DNA of 64,000 nucleotides from Candidatus Borrarchaeum weybense (GCA_019057385.1 JAHQJS010000004.1:1137068-1201067); one strand, 5' to 3'; positions 20,787 to 29,725 are shown, counted from the stretch's first letter. Notes: generated by a model from the letters alone, not told the origin. Numbers and translations: made by a program.

Positions 20787-21329
20787 ATGGTACAAGCGCA
20801 ATATTTTGACTCAGAAGAAGAAGCTCGCTATTTACTAAAAATTGTCCTTTTAGGAGATCCTTCAGTTGGAAAAACTAGCTTAGTAAAAAGATATGTCGAT
20901 AATATGTTTAGAATGGATTATATGATGACGATAGGCACAGATATTCGCACAAAAATGATTAGTATCAACGATGAGCTAGTAAAACTCGTCATTTGGGATC
21001 TAGGTGGCCAGCCACTCTTTGCAGATGTAAGAACTACTTACTGTAAAGGAGCAAATGGCGCTGTCCTTGCTTTCGACCTAACTCGGCAAAAAACCCTGAC
21101 GAATCTACATGGATGGGCTGAGATAGTATGGCGCTTTGTTGGAAAAGTACCAATTGCAGTTGTTGGAACCAAAGCCGATTTGAAAAGTATTCGTGAGACG
21201 TCAATGGAGCGAGCCTTAGATTTTGCTCGACTTACTGGTGCAAAAGTCTTTGAAACATCATCTAAAACTGGTGAAGGGGTAGAAAAAACATTTCAACATA
21301 TTGTTCAGCAGATCCTAGATGATCTCTAG
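20787..21329 (+). CDS. Rab/Ras-like small GTPase
   Basis: GDPSVGKT, TIG, WDLGGQ, GTKAD, ETSSK; no C-terminal Cys. Confidence 0.95.
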   Translation: MVQAQYFDSEEEARYLLKIVLLGDPSVGKTSLVKRYVDNMFRMDYMMTIGTDIRTKMISINDELVKLVIWDLGGQPLFADVRTTYCKGANGAVLAFDLTRQKTLTNLHGWAEIVWRFVGKVPIAVVGTKADLKSIRETSMERALDFARLTGAKVFETSSKTGEGVEKTFQHIVQQILDDL

Positions 21330-21344
21330 TGAGCTACCTCGTGC
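21329..21344 (-). mobile_element. 16-bp IS right-end relic
   Basis: Exact reverse complement of 27041-27056 (gcacgaggtagctcac). Confidence 0.6.
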
Positions 21345-21390
21345 CCCTTTCACTAAATAAATCAACATATAAGAGTCTCTTTTTGGAAAA

Positions 21391-21735
21391 CTAGAATTCA
21401 AATAGCTTTAACAGGGACTTGAATGCAACTTTTCCTTGATTTGTTAAAAAAAACGTATTTTCATTTCCTTTTTCTTGAATCAAGCCTGCAGCTTTCATGG
21501 CATTAAGTTTTGCTCGGATTACATTCTTTGGGAGACCTGAAATATGTAGACCGTCAATATTGTTGGGTGTTATACCGATCATAACCAGGAGGTTTGCGCC
21601 ACTTTCGCCTAGTAATGTAAAAAGCGTTTCTGTATCGATGTCAAAATCGTCTCCATTTGATTTCGTATAGATCCCCCAATCATTAACTGTTGTAACTAAG
21701 AAATTAATTAATTCCTTGCATATAAAATTTTGCAA
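21391..21735 (-). CDS. Winged-helix DNA-binding protein
   Basis: L..M..AGLI....FFLT.QG wHTH pattern. Confidence 0.6.
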   Translation of the reverse strand: MQNFICKELINFLVTTVNDWGIYTKSNGDDFDIDTETLFTLLGESGANLLVMIGITPNNIDGLHISGLPKNVIRAKLNAMKAAGLIQEKGNENTFFLTNQGKVAFKSLLKLFEF

Positions 21736-21850
21736 TCAAAAAATAAGTTTAAATGATTTTGGTGACACAATTTTAAAGATTTACGTATTATTCAGATTTT
21801 GAGAATTGTGACTACCGATAAGTTAATTTTCTTTAGGACTAAACATAATT

Positions 21851-21877
21851 AGGTGTATCTACACCTCAATATATTGA
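21851..21877. promoter_or_regulatory. Adjacent palindromes, candidate operator between the divergent wHTH gene and ABC operon
   Basis: AGGTGTA-TC-TACACCT followed by TCAATATATTGA. Confidence 0.4.
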
Positions 21878-21957
21878 CTTTATTAGGCAGCAAATGAACA
21901 GATAAAAAAAGTAAGAACATTAAATAAAAGGGAAATAAGCAATCTGGAGCAATTGTT

Positions 21958-22950
21958 TTGGTATTACAAAATATTTTCCGAAGAAAAATGGCAGCTCTTT
22001 TAGTTATAGTTCTTGTTCTTGGTATAGGAATTGGATCTTTTGTTGTTTATTCAGATTTCATTAAATCTGAGAATTCGATTAAAATAGGATACCTCCGTGG
22101 AGATCTACATCACTTGGCATTTTTCGTTGCCTCAGAAAAAGACTGGTACGAAGGTTTAGACATCGAAACATCATTTTTCAGTAATGGTGTAGAGGAAATG
22201 GACGCTTTCACTTCAGGATCAATAGATATCGGCTATCTAGGTATTGCACCTGCAATATTAAAACGGATAAATGCTGAGACTAACATAAGAATTATAGCTG
22301 CTGTAAACTACCATGGATCAGCCATCATGGCACCTGTAGACTCATCGCTCCATTCGATATCTGATTTAAAGGGGAAGACTATTGCAATCCCAGGATATGG
22401 AACAGTTCAGAATATCTTACTCAATATGGCATTAGAACAATCTGGAATAAATATAAACGAAGTAAATATGACTCATATAGGTCCTTGGAATATGCAGGTA
22501 ACATTAGAGCATGGAGGTGTTGATGCATTTATTGCTTGGGAACCATATCCTGCTAAAACAGTTGTAGAGGGAAGTGGAAAGTATCTAGTGAAAAGTAGTG
22601 AAATCTGGAAAAATCATCCATGTTGTGTTCTTGCTGTACGAGACGATTTTTTGAGAGATCATCGCGATATCGTCGAAAAGATCGTTAAAATTCATGTAAA
22701 TGCAACAAACTGGATTAAAGCAAACCCAAGTGAAGCTGCCTCTATTGGTGCGCAATGGACTGGAGTAGATCAGGACGTTGTTGTTTTAGCTATGAAAAAT
22801 ATCGAATATAATTACTACCCTGACCAAGAAAGCATGACAAAATACCTAGAGAAACTTATACAGTATGGCTACGTTGATAGTACACAAGTAGAGGACGTAG
22901 ATCTTTTTATGGATTCATTCATTGATACAAGTCTCATTGAGCAACTTTAA
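21958..22950 (+). CDS. ABC transporter substrate-binding protein (NitT/TauT/SsuA family)
   Basis: N-terminal TM anchor; DLKGKTIA, WEPY, HPCC motifs. Confidence 0.9.
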   Translation: MVLQNIFRRKMAALLVIVLVLGIGIGSFVVYSDFIKSENSIKIGYLRGDLHHLAFFVASEKDWYEGLDIETSFFSNGVEEMDAFTSGSIDIGYLGIAPAILKRINAETNIRIIAAVNYHGSAIMAPVDSSLHSISDLKGKTIAIPGYGTVQNILLNMALEQSGININEVNMTHIGPWNMQVTLEHGGVDAFIAWEPYPAKTVVEGSGKYLVKSSEIWKNHPCCVLAVRDDFLRDHRDIVEKIVKIHVNATNWIKANPSEAASIGAQWTGVDQDVVVLAMKNIEYNYYPDQESMTKYLEKLIQYGYVDSTQVEDVDLFMDSFIDTSLIEQL

Positions 22951-23080
22951 ATTACCCAATAACTTGGCAGGGACTTTATCTACTGATAACAGACGCTTGA
23001 ATCGTCTATGCACATAATGAACTTTTTTTAATGAAAAAAATATAAAAAATTGCGTTATTCATCTTAGATTAAGTGTGTAG

Positions 23081-23872
23081 ATGATGAACTTCTTTCGTTT
23101 CGAACGAGTAATTTATACTTTGAGTTCAATTGCAATTGCATTGATTTTCTGGCATGTTGTTTCGTATATCCTTAGTATTGCATATATACCGTCTCCAATT
23201 GCGGTGGCAATAGCATTTATGCGTCTATCCGTTGAAGGAGATGTTTTTGGCTATACATTGTTCCATCATAGCGTTGCAAGCCTAATTAGAATTGCTATTG
23301 GCCTATTTTTTGCTGTGATTATTGGTATCCCTTTAGGAATAATCATAGGACTCTCGGAAAGAGTCTCTTATTTTGTTTCTCCTATTGTGGAAGTAATAAG
23401 ACCGATTTCTCCAATAGCTTGGATTCCTTTTTCTATCATTCTATTTGGTATTGGCCTTACTAGTCATGCTTTTATTATCTGGTTAGGCGCATTTTTTCCA
23501 ATTCTTCTAAATACTTATGCTAGCATGAAAGGAACGTCTCAAACTTTCGTAGAAGTTGTAAAAAGCATGGGAGCGTCAAATCTACAAACAATTCGCTATG
23601 TTATCCTCCCAGGATCACTACCAGATATTATTACAGGATTTCGTATTGGTGTAGGCGTTGGCTGGATGTGTCTAATCGCTAGCGAGATGGTTGGACAATA
23701 TCCCCCTCTTGGACTGGGATTTCTTGTACTTTTTATGGCAGAAATAGGACGATATCCCTCTATGATTGCAGGAATGCTTACAATTGGTTTCTTTGGAATT
23801 CTTCTCAATTACATAATTCTTTTCTTGGAAAAGAAATTGTTTAAGTGGCGAGAAAAAATTGAAGTCTATTAA
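23081..23872 (+). CDS. ABC transporter permease (NitT/TauT family)
   Basis: RPISPIAWIP; EAA-like loop; ASEM. Confidence 0.9.
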   Translation: MMNFFRFERVIYTLSSIAIALIFWHVVSYILSIAYIPSPIAVAIAFMRLSVEGDVFGYTLFHHSVASLIRIAIGLFFAVIIGIPLGIIIGLSERVSYFVSPIVEVIRPISPIAWIPFSIILFGIGLTSHAFIIWLGAFFPILLNTYASMKGTSQTFVEVVKSMGASNLQTIRYVILPGSLPDIITGFRIGVGVGWMCLIASEMVGQYPPLGLGFLVLFMAEIGRYPSMIAGMLTIGFFGILLNYIILFLEKKLFKWREKIEVY

Positions 23873-24614
23873 AATCCAAGTTCAAGGCATATCAAAAACA
23901 TTTCAGTCATTAGAAATACTTCAGGATATTTCTTTCAATATATTTAAAGAAGAAATCGTTTGCCTTGTTGGACCTACTGGGTGTGGAAAAACTACACTTA
24001 CTCGTATTATGGCGTGTCTTGAGAAACCAGATACGGGGCGCATATTACTTGATGGCGAAGAAATATCAGTACCCGCAAATAAGATCGGATATGTACCTCA
24101 AGGTGAATCTTTGTTGCCTTGGCGCAATGTTTTCGAAAACATTTCTTTGGGTCTTGAAATTTCAAAAGAGGCACCGCAAAATCATAAAGAACGGATTTAT
24201 GATCTTTGTCGATGGATAGGATTAGCTGGTTTTGAAAAAACGTACCCAAAGGATCTAAGTGGTGGAATGAAACAAAAAGTTGCCTTTGCAAGAACTTTAA
24301 TTGTAGATCCTGTTATCCTCCTCTTGGATGAACCATTTGTTGCCCTAGATGCACAAACGCGTAATTATATGCAATCAGAATTACTTAGAATCAAGAAAAA
24401 ATTCAAAAAAACGATTTTTTTTGTAACACATAATATTGATGAGTCTGTTTTTTTGGCAAATCGTGTTGTCGTTCTTTCAAAGAGACCTGCGTGCATTAAA
24501 AAGATTGTAACAATTCCTTTAGAGTATCCTCGAGAGAGAACTAGTCTAGAATTCAACAATATTCGGAAAGAGATTTTAAATTCACTTGATTTCATTCCAT
24601 TACAAGGTCATTAA
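23859..24614 (+). CDS. ABC transporter ATP-binding protein (NitT/TauT family)
   Basis: GPTGCGKT, LSGGMKQ, LLLDEPF, VTH. Confidence 0.93.
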   Translation: MKSIKIQVQGISKTFQSLEILQDISFNIFKEEIVCLVGPTGCGKTTLTRIMACLEKPDTGRILLDGEEISVPANKIGYVPQGESLLPWRNVFENISLGLEISKEAPQNHKERIYDLCRWIGLAGFEKTYPKDLSGGMKQKVAFARTLIVDPVILLLDEPFVALDAQTRNYMQSELLRIKKKFKKTIFFVTHNIDESVFLANRVVVLSKRPACIKKIVTIPLEYPRERTSLEFNNIRKEILNSLDFIPLQGH

Positions 24615-24750
24615 TTCCTGTTTTTTTTGAATCGGCAGAAATCACATCTCATACGAGGAGTTGTGTTTACATGAGTTTATTTCAATGACTATTTTTATAG
24701 AAACGCATAAATGCTTGAAAAACTAATATATCAAATCCAATTTCACAAAG

Positions 24751-25035
24751 GTCAACTACCCCTCCCTTTCGGAAGGGACTTGAAAAAGTCTCTGTAGAGG
24801 GGTAGGAGATTAGCCTGAGTGATGTCTCCTTCAGGGCGGAGGCAAATGAACTACGTTCGGGGCTGAGTGTCTGAAAATCACCCCGGAATGCTCCTCAAGT
24901 TCCGGGCTCTGAAAGACATGGTGGACGACCCAGGTCGCTATCCTGAGACCTGCACCATCATCATGTCCGGTGCCTGCCCCAACATTGGCGATGAGGACCT
25001 ACCCGCGGATGCGGAGCTGACCTTTACAGGTCGTT
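24751..25035 (+). ncRNA. IscB-type omega RNA (HEARO) scaffold, standalone (3' end approximate)
   Basis: GTCAACTACCCC 5' hairpin, GATTAGCCT, CTACGTT, ATGCTCCTCAAGTTCC..CTCT, AACATTGGCGATGAGG; pseudoknot-capable CCTCA/TGAGG. Confidence 0.8.
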
Positions 25036-25156
25036 AAATATAGTTTGGGGCACCTGCTCTTGTCCCAGCAAAAAGGGGAGGTGCCCACCACTTTACAAAG
25101 AAATATACCGCAATTCATCTCCACCCTAGCGGATGGAGTCTTCTTGCGGAGGTTAG
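24751..25156 (+). mobile_element. 406-bp non-autonomous IscB-type IS200/IS605 mini-element without iscB
   Basis: Far end (25110-25156), reverse complemented, matches the LE of tnpB element 3 (ctccgcaagaagac..gatgaa.tgcg); followed by ATAAA. Confidence 0.8.
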
Positions 25157-25245
25157 ATAAAAATGGTCTTCGCTTGTATAAATAAGTTAATCGCTCACAA
25201 GAAATCTTCCCATTAACTTTGTGTTTTTTCTTAGGAGATACCAAA

Positions 25246-25362
25246 ATGAGTGAAGATGAAATGAAATGTCCGAAATGTGGTGGGCCAGTTGCCATTCGCA
25301 AAATTTCATTGAATAAAGTACAAATTTCCTGCGAAAGATGTGGACATACATGGGTAGAGTGA
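25246..25362 (+). CDS. 38-aa zinc-finger microprotein (CPKC-x17-CERC)
   Basis: AGGAG SD; MSEDEMKCPKCGGPVAIRKISLNKVQISCERCGHTWVE; not in the ORF track. Confidence 0.75.
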   Translation: MSEDEMKCPKCGGPVAIRKISLNKVQISCERCGHTWVE

Positions 25363-25434
25363 GAAATAATTCAACAAAAAACGAATCGCTCTAAGTGATA
25401 TTTCATTTCTTGTTTAGTTTCATAAACCATTAAT

Positions 25435-25668
25435 TTACGTAGTCTTTTTTATGAGTTCAAGGAAGTTTTTCTTAGAAAAACTGCCCACTTCGAATGCTTC
25501 CAATGCTACATGAAGTGATTCTGCTTTTGCGATACTTTCTTTATCCAACTCGTTGGAGGTATGTGCGGCATCCCAGAAGAGGTTGAAGAAATCTTTAGCT
25601 TGTTCAAATGAACTTTTTCCATCAGCAAATTTTTGCAATTCTTTCCATAATTCTGAAAAATGCATCAT
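25435..25668 (-). CDS. Hypothetical 77-aa helical protein
   Basis: Plausible composition; GGGG-rich SD-like sequence upstream. Confidence 0.55.
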   Translation of the reverse strand: MMHFSELWKELQKFADGKSSFEQAKDFFNLFWDAAHTSNELDKESIAKAESLHVALEAFEVGSFSKKNFLELIKKTT

Positions 25669-25754
25669 TACACGCCCCTTATTTTTCTACTACGAAAAAT
25701 GAAAATATTGAATTACAAAGTCTTATTCCCTTCTGCTAATTATCTAAGATCAAT

Positions 25755-25787
25755 ATAAATAAACATTCAGGTAAATTTCTCCGCAAA
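25755..25787. repeat. Dispersed 33-bp repeat, copy 2
   Basis: 31/33 identical to 9653-9685. Confidence 0.75.
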
Positions 25788-25968
25788 CGTGTGCATTGAC
25801 TGTTTCTGGACATTTATTTTCCAGAAAAATAACAAGAGGCTTATAGATTCGGTAAAAATCACATAAGTAGCATAATACCCTTTAATGCAAACGAAAAAAA
25901 CAAATGTATTGAAGAGCTCCTCAGTAAACTTGAGTTTAGAAAAAAACCGTATCTATTATTCTTTATGA

Positions 25969-26757
25969 CTAAGCTTCGTTTGATTCACTCGTGAGAATCA
26001 CTCTGCAATCCACTGCAATTACTTCCGTTTCAGTTGCGAAGAGAGGGTTTATGTCAATCTCCCGAATTATCGGCAACTGCTGTTTGGCTTTATCATCTTG
26101 TTCCCAAGATACATTCATTATTAACTCTGAGATCAGAAGCAAGGTTTTAACTATTGCATCCTTATTAACTGGAGGTTTTCCTCGTACTCCCTCTAGGATC
26201 TTTTTAGCTTTAATTTCATCAAGCATCTCTCGGGCATCATATTCGGTGATTGGAACTACACGAAAGCTCACGTCTTTCAGGACTTCGACGAAAATACCGC
26301 CCAGCCCAGTCATAATAAGTGGACCAAAAGTCGGGTCTATAGTTGTTCCAATGATGACCTCAACACCTTTTGCCATTTCTTCAACCATGATACCTTCCAT
26401 ATCTGCTCCTGGGGTTTTTTCATTAATTTTTGCCATTATTTCATCAAAGGTTTGTGCTGCTTCTTCAGGTGTAGATATACCTACAACCACACCTCCCATA
26501 TCTGTCTTATGAAGTAATTTAGGATCAGAACTCACGATCTTCATTACAACAGGGCAACCAATTTCTTCAGCCAAGTAATGTGCTTCTTCTGACGATCTTG
26601 CTACCCCAAATTTATTAACGGTGATTCCACAAGCTTTTAAGATGTCCTTACTTTCAGCAACATCCAGAATAGATCTATTTTCTCCTTTTGCTTTTTCGAT
26701 GATAGCATTAACCTTCTTGATATCAATCATATTTTTGACTTCTTGCATGAGATTCAC
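25969..26757 (-). CDS. acdB: Acetate/acyl-CoA ligase (ADP-forming) beta subunit, ATP-grasp
   Basis: PVVMKIVS, HKTDMGGV, DPTFGP, GLGGIFVE, DINP. Confidence 0.9.
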   Translation of the reverse strand: MNLMQEVKNMIDIKKVNAIIEKAKGENRSILDVAESKDILKACGITVNKFGVARSSEEAHYLAEEIGCPVVMKIVSSDPKLLHKTDMGGVVVGISTPEEAAQTFDEIMAKINEKTPGADMEGIMVEEMAKGVEVIIGTTIDPTFGPLIMTGLGGIFVEVLKDVSFRVVPITEYDAREMLDEIKAKKILEGVRGKPPVNKDAIVKTLLLISELIMNVSWEQDDKAKQQLPIIREIDINPLFATETEVIAVDCRVILTSESNEA

Positions 26758-26852
26758 CTTTACTAAACATTTTTGTATATAATGGAACTAGTATTAGAAG
26801 TTTTATAAACAGTAACAAAATCTGCATGACTCTTTCAGTTTCAATATTTTTA

Positions 26853-27056
26853 AGTAACTAAGCAAGAAAGCATCACAGCTTCAGCGTAGCAATGAATTGC
26901 GCTGAGTTTATATAGCTTGTTGATGAAAGAGGCTATAAGTACCTACGGGGCGTAGGGAATTTAAGCCTGTGGAGATAAGACCTCCGTAACCCGTCAAGGG
27001 GATCGAGTCTGTCGTAGAAGCAGGAAGCCTCGATGCTTTAGCACGAGGTAGCTCAC
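26853..27056 (+). mobile_element. Non-autonomous IS200/IS605 mini-element B: LE + TATA + TnpB omega-RNA only
   Basis: LE ctaagcaagaaagc..atgaattgcg shared with element A; TTTATATA at 26907-26914; scaffold 26938-27056. Confidence 0.85.
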
Positions 27057-27077
27057 ATAAATGGGTGTCTTACTATG

Positions 27078-27110
27078 ACATCCTTCTCACCCTTTCGGAA
27101 GGGGACTTCG
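27078..27110 (-). mobile_element. IS200/IS605 end hairpin relic fused to truncated acdA
   Basis: aagtccccttccgaaagggtgagaaggatgtca; the hairpin nearly matches 24761-24781. Confidence 0.6.
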
Positions 27111-27639
27111 CGCCGCTTTGTGAAACAAATCCAATTGGTCCTTTTTTGGAAAATTGCCAGCAAAACTTGCATTTAATTTATTGGCAGTTCTCATAAGACC
27201 GAGACAATTTGGACCAAGAATTCTCATATCAGCATTTTTCGCAATTTTAGTGATATCATTTTGAAGTTGTTTGCCTTCTTCACCAAGTTCCCCAAATCCC
27301 GATGTAATAATTATCACTGCTTTAATGCCCTTATCAGCGCTTTCTTGAATAACTTTTCTCACAGTTTTTGGTGGGACGCATATAATGGATAAATCAATTT
27401 CGTCCTTCACTTGTGTCACATTAGGGTAGCATTTAAAACCAAGAATCTCAGTTGCTTTAGGATTAATTGGAAAGATGCCTCCTTCAAATCTAAAATTTAA
27501 AAAGATTTGAAACCATAACATTTCCTACTCGGCCTGATGTTCTTGAAGCACCAACGACTGCGATATTTCTTGGTTCGAAAAAATATCGAATTTGTTTTAG
27601 CATTAACTCATTAGGCTGAAAATCAGAGAACCTTGTCAA
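27111..27639 (-). pseudogene. acdA: Acetate/acyl-CoA ligase (ADP-forming) alpha subunit, frameshifted and truncated
   Basis: FFEPRNIAVVGAS, PINP, ITSGFGE, LGPNCLG and SQSGA are spread over different frames; sequence ends at an IS hairpin. Confidence 0.85.
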
Positions 27640-27794
27640 TAACCATCATCTCTCCACATTAACGTTAATATTGTTTGAAAGTTGAGTTTCATTGCAGCTA
27701 ATTTTATATTTCCCCCTGATGTTATTTAATTATAGTAATTTTGTCGAGTTTAAACTATGCTTTTCTCTAAAATCAATGCAAGGGGAGAGAATTT

Positions 27795-28496
27795 ATGGTC
27801 AGGCCAATTAAACATCTACTGGATAAAAAATATGAATTGACTCCAGATCTTGATTTGGATAGTCTCCCATTGAATGCACTTCAATCAGTTTCTAAAGGAA
27901 TTTCTGATAAATTAAAGAAAGCAGGAATTAATACTATTCCTGAACTTGCTAATGCGTCAGTAGATTTAAAGGTAGAGGGTATTAGTAAAAAAGAGATCAA
28001 AAAGGCTATATCGTATGCTCAAGATGTTATGAAACATGCTAACGAACCTGGTATCCAAGAAGGCATAATGCCACTGGAGGAAATGCTAGATAAAAAGCGT
28101 GAAAAGACTCCTCATAATGAACTTGCTGGTTTAGAATTAGAAAGTATTCAAGGACTAACTAAAACTGATGCAGCTAAAATTAGACAGGCAAATATTGGAT
28201 CAACAATTCAAGAACTCGCTAGATCGAGTATAGATAGTTTAAAATCCGCAGGATTGAGTGATTACAAAGCAGGTAGAATTTTTGACTTTGCTACAATGAT
28301 TATGACTTATGCAGAACCAGAGCTAGTAGTTGAACCAGAGCTAGTAGTTGAACCAGAGCCAGTAGTTGAACCAGAGCCAGTAGTTACAAGAACTTACACA
28401 GATAAGAATGTGGGCATTGATAATCTAGTAATATATATTACTATTCTCGGATTTGCTATTGTACTAATCCTGATACTGTTATTTATTACAATGTGA
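27795..28496 (+). CDS. Tandem HhH-like domain protein with PE-rich linker and C-terminal TM anchor
   Basis: Two internal repeats (LLDKK..LKKAGINTIPELA / MLDKK..IGSTIQELA); terminal hydrophobic helix; no signal peptide. Confidence 0.7.
   Translation: MVRPIKHLLDKKYELTPDLDLDSLPLNALQSVSKGISDKLKKAGINTIPELANASVDLKVEGISKKEIKKAISYAQDVMKHANEPGIQEGIMPLEEMLDKKREKTPHNELAGLELESIQGLTKTDAAKIRQANIGSTIQELARSSIDSLKSAGLSDYKAGRIFDFATMIMTYAEPELVVEPELVVEPEPVVEPEPVVTRTYTDKNVGIDNLVIYITILGFAIVLILILLFITM
28314..28385 (+). repeat. 4 x 18-bp in-frame tandem repeat (EPE[LP]VV)
   Basis: gaaccagagc(t/c)agtagtt x4. Confidence 0.95.
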
Positions 28497-28603
28497 GTCA
28501 ATGTCCATTGCTTTGTCACGTTTCCAGATTCGATCATTTAATATAACATAAAAACGCTGTATTCTTAGAACATATTAACTATTAACAATTGACCTGAAGG
28601 TAA

Positions 28604-29692
28604 GTGGGGTTTATGTCAGCTAATGAAGTTTATCCTGAGGAATTGAAAAAGCTTTTAGAGCCCATCGTGTCTAAGAGGGCAGAAAGATTTGAAAAACGAT
28701 TAGAAAATATTCAAAGCAAGTCTACAGCTTATTTTCCACCATCAATCATAAACGACTACATTCAGGGCGTTAAAACATATGAAGAAATAATTAAACCAAG
28801 TTTACAGTCGTATCTAAGTGCTTTAACACTATTATTACAAAAGGAATATATCCTTGAAGGAATAGAGATTTATATCTCCTCACTTGAAAATGAGGGACTT
28901 TCAGGAAGTTTATTAGACAAGGAGTTTCAAAAAGCTACATCGACTTTGAACAAAGCAAATTCTTCTCTTGATGAGATCCTAAAGAATATGAAAACAACGC
29001 AAGAATTTGAGACAGTGCTTTTTGCATATAACTTTTTAAAACAGGCATTACGCTATCATAATGCGGCTTGTTTGAGAGATACAAGCAATTTCGTATTTCT
29101 TTTAAACTGCTTAGCTACAAAGAGCTTTGCTGAAGGTTTTTTGGACTTTGGAGAAGTTTGTATTTCTTTAAGAGATAAGAGGAAGGCAAACCTAGTTGGT
29201 GGTATGGATCCTTTAGATGAATTAGCGAAAACGATATTGAGATCTGCAGTGGCTTCCTTTCGGACAATAAGTTATCAACACATAAATAATCCTGAAGAGC
29301 AAGCTCTTTACGATCAGACGAGAATGTTTAGGTTATCACAGATGGAAAAAGCGTACGAAAAGCAAGAATACGTTTTGGCAATAACTATTGCCATCGATTT
29401 GTTTTACGACATGGAATTCATCAAACATGCAGGCTTCAACATGCATCCGCAATGGATGCAGAAAATTATTGAAGATAGACGCGTACAATTTGTTGAATTG
29501 ATTAAAGAGACACGCAAGAAAGGACGTTTTGATGGTCTTTTGAGCATCTATTATTTTGAACAATGCTTCATGCCATCGACCTCACCGAATTACCCTGCAC
29601 ATCTTATAGCCTCATTCAACACAGCAAGGATGTTGATAGCAAGTATGGAACGTGATTTGAAGAGACAGGCCGATGTGCTAACATATATGTGA
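28604..29692 (+). CDS. Hypothetical all-alpha protein
   Basis: 362-aa ORF; ends LTYM. Confidence 0.75.
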   Translation: MGFMSANEVYPEELKKLLEPIVSKRAERFEKRLENIQSKSTAYFPPSIINDYIQGVKTYEEIIKPSLQSYLSALTLLLQKEYILEGIEIYISSLENEGLSGSLLDKEFQKATSTLNKANSSLDEILKNMKTTQEFETVLFAYNFLKQALRYHNAACLRDTSNFVFLLNCLATKSFAEGFLDFGEVCISLRDKRKANLVGGMDPLDELAKTILRSAVASFRTISYQHINNPEEQALYDQTRMFRLSQMEKAYEKQEYVLAITIAIDLFYDMEFIKHAGFNMHPQWMQKIIEDRRVQFVELIKETRKKGRFDGLLSIYYFEQCFMPSTSPNYPAHLIASFNTARMLIASMERDLKRQADVLTYM

Positions 29693-29725
29693 TGTACATT
29701 TTTACAAAAAAAAAGGTGAATAACT

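Noticed and set aside
24999-25301. 100-aa minus-strand ORF
   Set aside because: Shadow of the omega-RNA element end and the plus-strand zinc-finger gene.
27117-27137. Partial matches of the IscB-type guide near the acdA breakpoint
   Set aside because: Two 10-11 nt pieces on opposite strands and no ATAAA motif adjacent; likely chance.
28314-28385. Tandem repeat as CRISPR array
   Set aside because: No spacers; in-frame coding repeat.
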